Origin: Bryobacterales bacterium
GTDB taxonomy: Bacteria > Acidobacteriota > Terriglobia > Bryobacterales > UBA6623
Assembly: GCA_965226435.1 (NCBI GenBank)
Contig: CBDDCY010000012.1
Location: forward strand, 903,006 to 967,005
DNA: 64,000 nt
Reading direction: 5' to 3'
This document shows positions 1-9,681 of this stretch, one piece after another. Numbering within the stretch: the stretch's first letter is position 1; the number at the start of each line of letters is the position of its first letter. The translations under genes were made by a program, and so were the position numbers. The notes under the pieces were generated by a model. That model searched no databases and was not told the origin of the DNA. It saw only the letters and a program-made list of their open reading frames with translations.

Positions 1-60
1 GGTTTAGCTCGATTTCAGACGCGGTGTAGGGGGAAGGCCGACCGTCTTGATAGGACGATC

Positions 61-1605
61 TCACAGCTTTTGCAGCAAAATCAAGTCGGGGTGGCGCGAC
101 ACCTCGCGGTAACGATTCGACGTAATCAGTCGATCCGCCATCGCCCGAGCGGGCGCAAGCAGGCCCTCCGAATCCGTGAAGGCAAGGTAGCCTTCCGTCG
201 CGACCCAAAACTCAAAATCGGTGAAGCCTTCCTCGATTTCGAGGTATGCCGCTCGGCTTTCCACGAGGAGAAAATCGATCGGGCGGTCCCAATAGGACGG
301 AAACGAGATGGGGTGGAACGAGTAGGGAAACTGGGTGTGGTAGCCCAAGATTTCAACCGTCTTCCCCAAACCGGCTTGCTCGACTCTACGCGCCCGCCGT
401 GTTGTCTTCTCGGTGGTTTCGAGCGCGGCTCCATCGGGCTTTCCCGTCAGGTCGATCACCGTAACCGTTGAGCCGGTGTCGGATCGGCGCGCGAGCCCTC
501 CCAGCAACAGCATCCAATCCACCGAGTCTCCTCCGGCCTGCACGATCACGGACCGCTGCTTGTCAACCAACTGAGCGCTCAGGACCGGCTCGATGTTTGC
601 GAAGGCGGCGGGTGGGACTTCAATCGTCAACGCTTCGATCCGCTCCGGAATATCGGCGTCGACTTCGTGGCGCGGCGGTATCTTGGGTTCGGTGATTGTC
701 AGCGGCCACGCGGAGACGGCCGGGCGTGGGGTCATTTCCGGGATGTCGCCGCGGAGCCAGGGGGAGACGGCATCTCGCAATCGTGGATCGACCGTCAGGG
801 GGTGAGTTTTTCCAAAGACATCGAGGCCCTTCTCGTCGTAGCTGTTGGCCGCCCACTCTTGATCCAATTCGCCCCGCGCGGCAAGCCGATGCCAACGAAA
901 CCACTGCCAGATCAGGCGAATTCCGGCTTCGGAGGCTCGCCGCCCGGCGTCGGCCAGGTTTTGGAGAGCCTGCTTCGACCGTAAGGGGGCATGAAGGCAG
1001 ACAATCTCGTCGGTATGCAGCAGCTGTCCTCGGACTCCGTTGAGGGAATGATTTCCCAAGCCGATCTCGAGTTGAGGCGACGCCCGCGCCATCCACTTCG
1101 CGGGGTGCTCCATCTCCACGTAGGCGTTTTGCCGCGCCTCGACGCGACGGCGCATTACATCGATGGGTCCCACGGGATGAGGGCTCCGCCTGGTCATGGC
1201 TAGTAGGTTTTCGGGGGAGTTGGCCACCCGCTCGCGGTGTTGAATGAAATTCAACAAGGTCACTTGAAGGGCATCCGCCGACGTAGTCGCCGGAACGGCT
1301 TTCAAGTCATTGACCGGGCTCCACCAAAACTCATCGGCATCAATCGCGACGACCCAGTCGGCCCCCCGCAGGTACGCCTCCCGGGCAAGCTGGGTGGTGA
1401 TGTCCCATTGGTAATAGGGCCCTTCGTGACGGGTCCAGATAACGGGGAGACGTCGGCTCAACCGGTCAAGGATGCGATCGGTTCCATCGGTCGAGCCGTT
1501 GTCGACGACAAGAAGACAATCCACGCCCGCGGCAAGATGGTACAGGATGTTGGGCTGGATAATGTCCGCCTCGTCGCGGACCATCATGAGGCCGAATAGC
1601 TTCAC
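61..1605 (-). CDS. Glycosyltransferase family 2-like protein with C-terminal class I SAM methyltransferase-like domain
   Basis: N-term MMVRDEADII...DNGSTDGT...DADEF (GT2-like DxD). C-term WDRPIDFLLVE...GYLAFTD resembles a degenerate Methyltransf_24 domain. Confidence 0.75.
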   Translation of the reverse strand: MKLFGLMMVRDEADIIQPNILYHLAAGVDCLLVVDNGSTDGTDRILDRLSRRLPVIWTRHEGPYYQWDITTQLAREAYLRGADWVVAIDADEFWWSPVNDLKAVPATTSADALQVTLLNFIQHRERVANSPENLLAMTRRSPHPVGPIDVMRRRVEARQNAYVEMEHPAKWMARASPQLEIGLGNHSLNGVRGQLLHTDEIVCLHAPLRSKQALQNLADAGRRASEAGIRLIWQWFRWHRLAARGELDQEWAANSYDEKGLDVFGKTHPLTVDPRLRDAVSPWLRGDIPEMTPRPAVSAWPLTITEPKIPPRHEVDADIPERIEALTIEVPPAAFANIEPVLSAQLVDKQRSVIVQAGGDSVDWMLLLGGLARRSDTGSTVTVIDLTGKPDGAALETTEKTTRRARRVEQAGLGKTVEILGYHTQFPYSFHPISFPSYWDRPIDFLLVESRAAYLEIEEGFTDFEFWVATEGYLAFTDSEGLLAPARAMADRLITSNRYREVSRHPDLILLQKL

Positions 1606-1846
1606 GCTTTTTCCCCTGCGTCGATAACCCGCGCCGCTCTCCTATCCGTGCCGGTGAAAGACCGGGCCTGGTTGCCGGGCGTCATATGGGCCGACGCACG
1701 CTGGTCGGGACGAAGAAATCATGAACGAGTCCACCGGAACGACCGGAACGGCGGATATCGCCGCCAAAGCGTGAATAGTGTATCATGTGGGCTCTTTTCG
1801 GACCGGTATAGCAGCGCGCCGGACGTCCCTTTCACGGGAGAAGCCT

Positions 1847-3013
1847 TTGCGGATCGTCGTTATCGGTTGGATCATCCGCGAGCCCCTGGGAGGGATGGCT
1901 TGGCACTATCTGCAATACGTGATGGGCCTGGCGGACTTAGGCCACGACGTCTATTACGTGGAAGACAGCGACGACCGACCCTTCTGTTTCCACCCTTGGA
2001 CGGAGACGATCGACACGGACCCGGCGGAGGGCCTCGAGTTCGCCGACGCGAGCTTCAAGCGCATCGGGCGGCCGGACTGTTGGGCTTACCACGACGCCCA
2101 CACTACGCGCTGGCTGGGGCCCGCCGCCTCGAAAATACCGGAAGTTCTCGCGACCGCGGACCTGTTGTTGAATGTCGCCGCGTGGGTGAGTCCGATGAGA
2201 CCCTGGTTCGACCGTATTCCGGTCCGCGTCTTTGTCGACACGGATCCGGCGTTCACGCAGATACTGCACTTGACGACCCCGGCGGCGAAACAAACGGCCT
2301 TGCGCCACAACTCGTTCTTCTCGTTCGGTGAGCGCATCGGGAAACCGAGCTGCACGATTCCCGATGACGGGCTTGCTTGGCGCCCGACCCGCCAGCCAAT
2401 ATTCCTCGATGCCTGGTCTTCGTCCCCGACGACAGACCCGCCCTCCGAATCGAAGGGCATGTTTACGACGGTGATGTCTTGGGACAGCTATCCGGCACGC
2501 GAGTACGGCGGGATCGAATACGGGGTCAAGTCGCACGCTTTCGGGCCTTATTTGGATCTGCCGCGAAAGTCGGCGGGCGGCTTTGCGATGGCCGTGCGTC
2601 GAGTACCCAAAAAGACGCGAGACGCTCTCGCGGAGGCGGGATGGGTGCTGTCATCACCCCAACGGACCAGTCGTGACTTGGATGCGTATCGCGACTACAT
2701 TCGAGGCTCGAAGGCCGAGTTCAGCGTGGCGAAACACGCCTATGTGATCACCCAAAGCGGTTGGTTCAGTGAACGCGGCGCGGCCTACCTGGCGAGCGGA
2801 CGTCCGGTGCTTGTGCAAGACACGGGGTTTTCCGAGTTTCTGCCCTCGGGGCTTGGGCTCGTTGCATTCCGAGATCCCGAGGAAGCGGCGGCGGGCGTCA
2901 AGGAGATTGACGGAAATTACTCCGCTCACTGCCGCGCGGCGCGGGACATCGCCGTCGAGTATTTCGATTCCCGCAAGGTGTTGGCGCGACTTCTCGACGA
3001 AATCCCCTCATGA
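1847..3013 (+). CDS. Putative GT-B glycosyltransferase
   Basis: GGMAWHYLQY, DTDP and GWFSER..YLASGRPVLVQDTGF motifs. TTG start at 1847 follows GGGAG; the ORF is open from 1778. Confidence 0.65.
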   Translation: MRIVVIGWIIREPLGGMAWHYLQYVMGLADLGHDVYYVEDSDDRPFCFHPWTETIDTDPAEGLEFADASFKRIGRPDCWAYHDAHTTRWLGPAASKIPEVLATADLLLNVAAWVSPMRPWFDRIPVRVFVDTDPAFTQILHLTTPAAKQTALRHNSFFSFGERIGKPSCTIPDDGLAWRPTRQPIFLDAWSSSPTTDPPSESKGMFTTVMSWDSYPAREYGGIEYGVKSHAFGPYLDLPRKSAGGFAMAVRRVPKKTRDALAEAGWVLSSPQRTSRDLDAYRDYIRGSKAEFSVAKHAYVITQSGWFSERGAAYLASGRPVLVQDTGFSEFLPSGLGLVAFRDPEEAAAGVKEIDGNYSAHCRAARDIAVEYFDSRKVLARLLDEIPS

Positions 3014-3183
3014 CTCCCCGTACGCTTTGGTCCGGAAGGCTTCCGTGATGAAATTCAACACGCATTGTCAATAACGAGTTTGCGTCCGGGCAGGCATTCC
3101 CATGACCAACATCGAAGAGCTCAAAGGCCGCGTCCGGCGGGGTTGGAATGAGACGTCCCGAAGAGCGAGGCGGGAGTTTCCCG

Positions 3184-3255
3184 CCGCCCTTGCAGGGCTC
3201 ACGCCGGTGGGGGATTCTACCCAGGGTTTCGCCGTTCCGGCTCCAGCCCGGGCTA
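3184..3255. repeat. REP/MITE-like palindromic element
   Basis: gcccttgcagggc and acccaggg...agcccgggct hairpins between convergent genes; resembles the element at 26084-26170. Confidence 0.4.
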
Positions 3256-3714
3256 ATCGCGGACCTCGGCCCAAAAGCTGAGTTGGACGGCGGCTCGTAG
3301 GGGCATCTCGGAGATGCCGAGGGCGGTGCGGGTGTGGCGACCTCGCTCTTCGAAGACTTCCATCAGTAAGTCGGATGCACCGTTGAGGACTTGCGGTTGC
3401 TCGGTGAAATCGGTCGCCGAGAAAACATTCCCCTCCAAGCGGACGATCCGAACAACTTTCTCCAGATCACCGACGGCCGCGCGAATCTGCGCCAACCCGT
3501 TGATGGTCGTCAAACGAGCGGCTTGATACCCTTGCTCGGTCGTCAGCTCGTCGCCGAGGCGGCCGGTATATTTCATGACCGATCCTTCCCAGGGAAGCTG
3601 GCCGGAGGTGACGACGAGATTGCCCGTGCGAACCCATGGGACGTAGTTGGCGACGGCGGCGGGGGCTTCGGGCAAGGCGATTCCGAGGCGGGCGAGGTTT
3701 TCTTCGGCGGTCAT
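3253..3714 (-). CDS. RidA/YjgF family protein
   Basis: ANYVPWVRTGNLVVTSGQLP, NGASDLL, GRHTRTALG and LP motifs. Confidence 0.85.
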   Translation of the reverse strand: MTAEENLARLGIALPEAPAAVANYVPWVRTGNLVVTSGQLPWEGSVMKYTGRLGDELTTEQGYQAARLTTINGLAQIRAAVGDLEKVVRIVRLEGNVFSATDFTEQPQVLNGASDLLMEVFEERGRHTRTALGISEMPLRAAVQLSFWAEVRD

Positions 3715-3781
3715 GTTCCCCACATCGTATCGAGTTTAGGCACGAAATTGCGTTCGTCGCTTGCGTATGATTTCCCGGTCT

Positions 3782-4210
3782 GTCTTTTTCGAGATCTATG
3801 TGATCCCCTTGACGACAAATCAACTACGCTCCAACAGCCATTCCGAGTCCGCGATTGTTGTAGTCCCGGTGTATGCGGCGTATGATGACCGGGGCGGCCT
3901 CCATTTCGAGAGTCCGCTCAATAAGACGAAAACTAACACAGAAAGGGAGGTTACCATGAACCGATTGAAGCAGCTTGCATGTGGCGGAGGTGTAGGCCGT
4001 CTTTTTCGAGATCTATGTGATCCCCTTGCGACAAATCAACTACGCTCCAACAGCCATTCCGAGTCCGCGATTGTTGTAGTCCCGGTGTATGCGGCGTATG
4101 ATGACCGGGGCGGCCTCCATTTCGAGAGTCCGCTCAATAAGACGAAAACTAACACAGAAAGGGAGGTTACCATGAACCGATTGAAGCAGCTTGCATGTGG
4201 CGGAGGTGTA
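3782..4210 (+). repeat. Tandem direct duplication of ~213 bp (3782-3994 and 3999-4210)
   Basis: Near-identical copies with one 1-bp indel, separated by ggcc. Each contains an AGGGAGG RBS and ATG AAC CGA TTG. Confidence 0.95.
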
Positions 4211-4930
4211 TGGCGGGCAGTCTGTGTAGTTGTTATTGGCGCGGCTTCGACGCTTAGCGCGCAGTACACGCAGGCCGTCGAAGTGCGGGTCAAAAGCGAC
4301 ATGATCCGTGAATTTGAGGAGCTTCAAAAGCAATTCAACGCCGCGGTGGAAAAAAAGGGTGAACTGACGAGGCGTTCCATTTGGCAAGAAGTTTTCGGCA
4401 ACACGAGCACGCATCACATCCTGACTCGTTTTTCAAAATACGCCGACCTGGACGACAGGGCGATCGGAGTCAACGCCATGGGAGAAGCCGAATTTGCTCG
4501 CTGGGTCGCCAGGATAACGAAGTGTGTTCAGAATCGCCGGATCCAGACAAGGCGGCGCCATCCCGACCTATCCATTGCAGCCCCGGAGGGCTGGAAACCG
4601 AATTTGGCGCAGGTCCGCATTGTCGAGGTCGTGCCGGGCAAGGTAGCGGCGTACGGCGACTTGATCAAGAACGAAATCCTGCCGGCATACAAGAACGCGG
4701 GAGTCGCTCCTTTTTTTGTGTCGCGAGGCCACTTGGGAGGTTCACCCCGAACATGGATCACGGTTACGTTCCCAGACAAGTTCGCGGACCTGGATGCTCC
4801 CAGCAAACTGAGAAGTTCCATGAGTGAAGAGAAGTGGAGCGAATTTGTAGGCAAGCTAGGTCCGCTGACGGCACGGGTAAAGTACAGGGTCAGCCGCTAT
4901 CGTGACGATTTGAGTTTCGGCGGCTTCTGA
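4172..4930 (+). CDS. Secreted protein with two NIPSNAP-like (dimeric alpha/beta barrel) domains
   Basis: AGGGAGG RBS, signal peptide ending LSA-Q, and two internally similar halves (FSKYADLD / PDKFADLD; RRHPDLS / RYRDDLS). Confidence 0.6.
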   Translation: MNRLKQLACGGGVWRAVCVVVIGAASTLSAQYTQAVEVRVKSDMIREFEELQKQFNAAVEKKGELTRRSIWQEVFGNTSTHHILTRFSKYADLDDRAIGVNAMGEAEFARWVARITKCVQNRRIQTRRRHPDLSIAAPEGWKPNLAQVRIVEVVPGKVAAYGDLIKNEILPAYKNAGVAPFFVSRGHLGGSPRTWITVTFPDKFADLDAPSKLRSSMSEEKWSEFVGKLGPLTARVKYRVSRYRDDLSFGGF

Positions 4931-5111
4931 AGTCCCGCTCGGCAAGCCGGACGGAATCGCACTAAGAGGCGTGGCGCTACAGCGGTTCTCGCGAGCCGCG
5001 ACGAGAAGCGTTTACTCAAGGCCATCAGGTGCCAGGACAATCCGATCGCCTAGCGTCCGGACGATGGAGTTGATCCAACCGGCGGCTAGGGTTTCCCCCG
5101 GGCCGCGACGG

Positions 5112-5117
5112 TATAAT
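5112..5117 (+). promoter_or_regulatory. -10 box of probable leaderless ccsA-hemA-hemC promoter
   Basis: TATAAT 8 nt before ATG 5126, with no SD sequence. Confidence 0.55.
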
Positions 5118-5125
5118 GACGGTTA

Positions 5126-5944
5126 ATGGAGCTTTCCAGCATCTTTTGGCTGCGGGTCACTTTGTTGCTCTATTCATTGGGCTTATGGCACGCGCTGGTC
5201 ACCGTCGTCAGGCGGCGGCAGAAGATGTTCAAGACGGCGTTGGCGTCGATTTCGCTGGGCGCGGTGTTCCATTTGGTCTCGATCGTCGATCAAGGGATGG
5301 CGATGGGAAGGATTCCCGTCTCGACCCTGCATCAGATGGCCTCGCTGATCGGGTTCCTGATCACGTGCATCTTCCTGCTCGTCTATTGGCGCTACAAATA
5401 CGACAGTTTGGCCGTGTTTGTTTTCCCCACGGTCTTTTTACTGACGCTGGTCGCAAGCCTGGGGACGCCGGTCGAGGCTTTCGCGGGCCGCTCACTGGGC
5501 CGCTGGTGGCTGTCGCTGCACGTCGTTCTATTCCTGCTCGGATTCGCGGCGCTGTTTTTGACCTTCATCGCGGGGGTGATGTACATCATCCAAGAGAACG
5601 AGTTGAAATCGAAAAGTCCGCGGGCTTTCTACTATCGGCTGCCGCCGCTCGGCGCTCTCGACGACATCTCGTACCGTTCGTTGGCGGCGGGTTTTGTTCT
5701 CTGTACGCTGGGGTTGATCGCGGGCAGCTTTTGGGCCTTTGTCGAATGGGGTGCGAATTGGATCGTTGACCCCACGATCGCGCTGGCGTTTCTGACGTGG
5801 GCGATCTACTTCGGGATGGTTTTCGGCCGCTTGGCGATTGGTTGGAGGGGCCGCAAGGCGGCCTATTTCTCGATCCTTGGTTTTTGTTCGGCGGCGTTGA
5901 CTTGGATCGTCAACAGCGGTGTGCATTCTTTCATGAAGCCCTGA
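5126..5944 (+). CDS. ccsA: Cytochrome c assembly protein CcsA/HemX family
   Basis: About 8 TM helices, conserved His residues, W-rich WAFVEWGANW..DP motif, GWRGRKAA; directly upstream of hemA. Confidence 0.85.
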   Translation: MELSSIFWLRVTLLLYSLGLWHALVTVVRRRQKMFKTALASISLGAVFHLVSIVDQGMAMGRIPVSTLHQMASLIGFLITCIFLLVYWRYKYDSLAVFVFPTVFLLTLVASLGTPVEAFAGRSLGRWWLSLHVVLFLLGFAALFLTFIAGVMYIIQENELKSKSPRAFYYRLPPLGALDDISYRSLAAGFVLCTLGLIAGSFWAFVEWGANWIVDPTIALAFLTWAIYFGMVFGRLAIGWRGRKAAYFSILGFCSAALTWIVNSGVHSFMKP

Positions 5945-5949
5945 CCCCC

Positions 5950-7215
5950 ATGAGTGTTCTTCTACTGGGATTGAGCCACAAAACCGCGCCAATCGAAGTG
6001 CGCGAACGGCTGGCGTTTGACGAACACGTCCGGGGCGATATGGCGTCGGAGTTGGCCGAACGGCCGGGCATTTCCGAGGCCATGATCGTCTCCACCTGCA
6101 ACCGCGTGGAGTTCCTGGTTCGCGGCGACTCGGGGTATGATCCGGCCGATCAGATCCACGCCTATCTCGCCGAAAAGCCGAACGTTCCCGTCGCCGACGC
6201 GGCGCCGTTTTTCTATCGCTACATGGACCGCGACGCGGTGCGGCACTTGTTCCGGGTGGCCTCAAGCCTTGACTCGATGGTCATCGGCGAACCGCAAATC
6301 CTGGGACAAGTCAAGGAAGCCTACGCCGCCGCCAAGCAGGCCGGGGCGATGCGAGGGCAGCTTGACGTCATCGTCAACAACGCCTTTCGCGTGGCACGGC
6401 GAGTCCGCAATGAGACCGGGATCGGGCAATTGGCGGTTTCGATCAGCTATGTGGCGGTCGAGTTGGCGCGCAAGATCTTCGGCGACCTCGGCGGGCGCTC
6501 GATTTTGCTGATCGGCGCGGGCAAGATGTCGGAGTTGAGCGCCAAGCATTTGAAAAATTCGGGCGCCGACCGCATCTATGTCACCAACCGCACCTACGAG
6601 CGCGCGGTCGAGATGGCGCGAAATTTCGACGGCGAGGCGGTGGCTTTCGATCGACTGTTGGAAATCTTGCAGCAGGTCGATATCGTGATCTCCTCCACCG
6701 GGGCGTCAAACTTCATCCTCACGAAAAAGACCGCGCAAGGCGTGATCGCGGCGCGCAAGAACCGGCCGATCTTCCTGATCGACATCGCCGTGCCGCGCGA
6801 TATTGATCCCGCGATCAACTCGATCGACAACATGTTCGTCTACGACATCGACGATTTGCAGCAGGTTGCCGACGCCAACCTGCGAGAACGCCGCCGCCAA
6901 GCCGACTTTGCCGAACACATCGTCAGCGAAGAAGTCGAAAAGATGATGCATCGGCTCAAGACGAACGAAGTAGCGCCCACCATTGTGTCGCTGCAGGCCG
7001 AGCTTGATGATCTGCGCAAAGCCGAGATTGACCGCTACCGCTCGAAACTGGGCGATTTGACGCCCCAGCAAGAGCAGGCCATCGAGGCCATGACACGGGG
7101 CCTGGTCAACAAGATCGCGCATCCTCCGATTACGCAAATGAAGAAGATGGCCGGGGATCCGGACGGACTCCATTTCGTGGAGTTCGTCAAACGTGCCTTC
7201 AATTTGAAGAGGTAA
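5950..7215 (+). CDS. hemA: Glutamyl-tRNA reductase
   Basis: HKTAPIEVRE, STCNRVE, SLDSMVIGEPQILGQVK, GAGKM and DIAVPRDI motifs. Confidence 0.97.
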   Translation: MSVLLLGLSHKTAPIEVRERLAFDEHVRGDMASELAERPGISEAMIVSTCNRVEFLVRGDSGYDPADQIHAYLAEKPNVPVADAAPFFYRYMDRDAVRHLFRVASSLDSMVIGEPQILGQVKEAYAAAKQAGAMRGQLDVIVNNAFRVARRVRNETGIGQLAVSISYVAVELARKIFGDLGGRSILLIGAGKMSELSAKHLKNSGADRIYVTNRTYERAVEMARNFDGEAVAFDRLLEILQQVDIVISSTGASNFILTKKTAQGVIAARKNRPIFLIDIAVPRDIDPAINSIDNMFVYDIDDLQQVADANLRERRRQADFAEHIVSEEVEKMMHRLKTNEVAPTIVSLQAELDDLRKAEIDRYRSKLGDLTPQQEQAIEAMTRGLVNKIAHPPITQMKKMAGDPDGLHFVEFVKRAFNLKR

Positions 7216-7270
7216 CGAGCCGGCGATCCGGAAACGATACATCCCCGCCCCGCCTCCATTGCCAACGCTC

Positions 7271-8182
7271 ATGAAGTCCATCACGATCGGCACGCGCGGC
7301 TCGAAATTGGCGCTCTGGCAGGCACATTGGATCGAGAGCCAAATCAACGGGTTTGGCGTCGAAACGTCGATCGAAGTGATCAAGACGACCGGCGACAAGA
7401 TTACCGACACAGCCCTGGCCAAGGTCGGCGCCGAAAGCGGATTGAAGGGCGTTTTCACCAAGGAGATCGAGGAAGCCTTACTCGACGGCCGGATCGATGT
7501 CGCCGTCCACAGTCTCAAAGACCTGCCGACGAAAATTGACCCGCGCCTCGCCGTCGCTGTTGTTCCCAAGCGCGCCGATCCCCGCGACGCGCTGGTCGGC
7601 CGACGCCTCGACGAAATCCCCGCGGGCGCCAAGGTCGGCACGAGTTCGCCGCGGCGTGCCGCGCAACTGCGCCACCGGCGACCCGATGTCGAGGTGCTGG
7701 ATATTCGCGGCAACGTCGACACCCGTCTGCGGAAATTGGACGAAGGGCAATACGACGCGATACTGCTGGCTTCGGCCGGGCTTCATCGACTGGGTTGGCA
7801 AGATCGTATCGCGGAGATCCTGGAGCCCGAGGTGATGGTGCCGGCAGTGGGGCAAGGGGCGCTGGGGATCGAGACGCGTTCCGACGATGAGGCGGTGCGC
7901 GGCTTGTTGGCGCCGCTGCACGACGAGAACACCGCCACCGCCGTCGCGGCCGAACGTGCTTTGCTCGATGCTCTTGGAGGCGGCTGCCGAGTGCCGCTGG
8001 GTGCGCATGCGGTGGTGAGAGACGGCGTGTTGGAATTATCGGCGGTGGTCGTTTCATCCGATGGGGGGCGTGTCGTGAGCGCTCGTAAGACCGGCGATCC
8101 GGACCATGCCGAAGAGTTGGGACGAACAATCGCCGCGCAGCTTCTTGCCGAGGGCGCGCGCGAAATCATGGATACCCTCTGA
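7271..8182 (+). CDS. hemC: Hydroxymethylbilane synthase (porphobilinogen deaminase)
   Basis: GTRGSKLALWQA, KGVFTKEIE, AVHSLKD, GTSSPRR, RGNVDTRL and GGGC motifs. Confidence 0.97.
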   Translation: MKSITIGTRGSKLALWQAHWIESQINGFGVETSIEVIKTTGDKITDTALAKVGAESGLKGVFTKEIEEALLDGRIDVAVHSLKDLPTKIDPRLAVAVVPKRADPRDALVGRRLDEIPAGAKVGTSSPRRAAQLRHRRPDVEVLDIRGNVDTRLRKLDEGQYDAILLASAGLHRLGWQDRIAEILEPEVMVPAVGQGALGIETRSDDEAVRGLLAPLHDENTATAVAAERALLDALGGGCRVPLGAHAVVRDGVLELSAVVVSSDGGRVVSARKTGDPDHAEELGRTIAAQLLAEGAREIMDTL

Positions 8183-8217
8183 TCGGTCTCGGAGCTTGGG
8201 GACACCTTGCAACAGCC

Positions 8218-9654
8218 ATGAACGTTTCGATCTTGTCGCGGAATTTGGGCCGCCTGGCGATCCTCGCACTGGCGATCTCAGTAGTCGCCGCCGAGCAGCC
8301 GCCGGATGTGCTTTTCATCGCGGTGGATGACCTCAACGACTGGGTCGGCGTGTTGGGCGGTCATCCGCAAGCGAGGACGCCGAATATCGATCGACTGGCC
8401 CGGCGCGGCGTGTTGTTCACGAACGCCCACGCCTCGGCGCCGGCTTGCAATCCCTCGCGAGCGTCGTTGATGACCGGCGTGCGACCGTCGACGTCGGGGG
8501 TTTACAACAACCCGCAGGATTGGCGGCAATCGAGGAAACTGCGGGGCTTGGCGACGATCCCTCAAACGTTTCGTGCCGCGGGCTATCGCGTGATTGGCGG
8601 CGGCAAGATCTACCACGCCCACACGATTTATCCCTGGGGCTTCGAAGGCTTCCCGCAACCGGAGGCGTGGGACGACTATTACCCCTCGCGACGGCGGCAG
8701 CTTCCCGATGAAATCACGCCGCGTGATCGACCGGTCAATTCTCACCCCGCGATGTACGCGGGCGTCTTCGACTGGGCTCCGATTGTCGCGGAAGATTCGG
8801 CCATGGGCGACGGGCAAGTCGTCGGTTGGGCCGAGCGACAACTGGCCAAAACACACGAAAAACCCTTATTCCTCGCGGTGGGAATCTATCGGCCGCATAT
8901 TCCGTGGTATGTTCCCGAAAAATATTTCGCGCAACATCCATTGGCAACGGTCCAGTTGCCTCGCGTTCTCTCGAATGACCTGGCTGATGTGCCGCCGGCG
9001 GGGCAAAGGGGCTTGTTCCGACATTGGCACAAGTGGGTCGCCGAGAACGGGCAGTGGAAGAAGGCTGTCCAGGGGTATTTGGCGAGCGTGGCGTTCGCGG
9101 ATGCCATGGTGGGGCGGCTGCTGGACGCGCTGGAGAAGAGCGGGCGCGCGGACCGCACGGTGATTGTTCTTTGGTCGGACCACGGCTATCACTTGGGCGT
9201 GAAGGAGCATTGGGAGAAGTTCGCGCTGTGGGAGCAGACGACGCGAGTGCCGCTGATCTTCGCGGGTCCGGGAGTAGCCAAGGCCGGTGGACGCAGCGAG
9301 CGGCCGGTTTCGTTGCTCGACATTTACCCCACGCTGGCCGAGTTGGCGGGTTTGCCGATTCCAAAACACGTCGAGGGACGAAGCCTGACGCCGTTGTTGG
9401 CAAATCCCGAGGCGGACTGGCCTTATGCCGTCGTAACGACCCAACGGCGGAATAATCACGCGGTGCGGTCGGAACGCCATCGCTATATTCGCTATGAGGA
9501 CGGGTCGGAGGAACTTTACGATCACGCCTCGGATCCGTTGGAGTGGAAGAATCTGGCGGGGGATGCCGCCTACAACGCGATCAAGATGAAGTTGGCGAAG
9601 TGGCTGCCGAAGGTGAACGCGCCGGATGATCCGCCGCTGCCGGCGCGGGAATAG
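8218..9654 (+). CDS. Secreted Cys-type sulfatase (iduronate-2-sulfatase-like)
   Basis: Signal peptide, VDDLND, CNPSR formylglycine motif, GKIYH and SDHGYHLG. Confidence 0.92.
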   Translation: MNVSILSRNLGRLAILALAISVVAAEQPPDVLFIAVDDLNDWVGVLGGHPQARTPNIDRLARRGVLFTNAHASAPACNPSRASLMTGVRPSTSGVYNNPQDWRQSRKLRGLATIPQTFRAAGYRVIGGGKIYHAHTIYPWGFEGFPQPEAWDDYYPSRRRQLPDEITPRDRPVNSHPAMYAGVFDWAPIVAEDSAMGDGQVVGWAERQLAKTHEKPLFLAVGIYRPHIPWYVPEKYFAQHPLATVQLPRVLSNDLADVPPAGQRGLFRHWHKWVAENGQWKKAVQGYLASVAFADAMVGRLLDALEKSGRADRTVIVLWSDHGYHLGVKEHWEKFALWEQTTRVPLIFAGPGVAKAGGRSERPVSLLDIYPTLAELAGLPIPKHVEGRSLTPLLANPEADWPYAVVTTQRRNNHAVRSERHRYIRYEDGSEELYDHASDPLEWKNLAGDAAYNAIKMKLAKWLPKVNAPDDPPLPARE

Positions 9655-9681
9655 GGGGGCGCGTTCGCCGGATCGGGCCCT

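Noticed and set aside
3029-3045. GGTCCGGAAGG resembling the SRP RNA core
   Set aside because: Lacks the following AAGCAGC and the long flanking stem.
3102-3180. ATG ACC AAC ATC GAA GAG (MTNIEELKGRVRRGWNE), a possible remnant gene start
   Set aside because: Runs into a REP-like element after ~25 codons; too short to assign.
3738-3752. Sigma-54-like AGGCACGAAATTGC
   Set aside because: GG-to-GC spacing is 9 nt rather than the required 10.
3761-4171. N-terminal repeat in the 389-aa ORF
   Set aside because: A product of the DNA duplication of non-coding upstream sequence, not a protein repeat.
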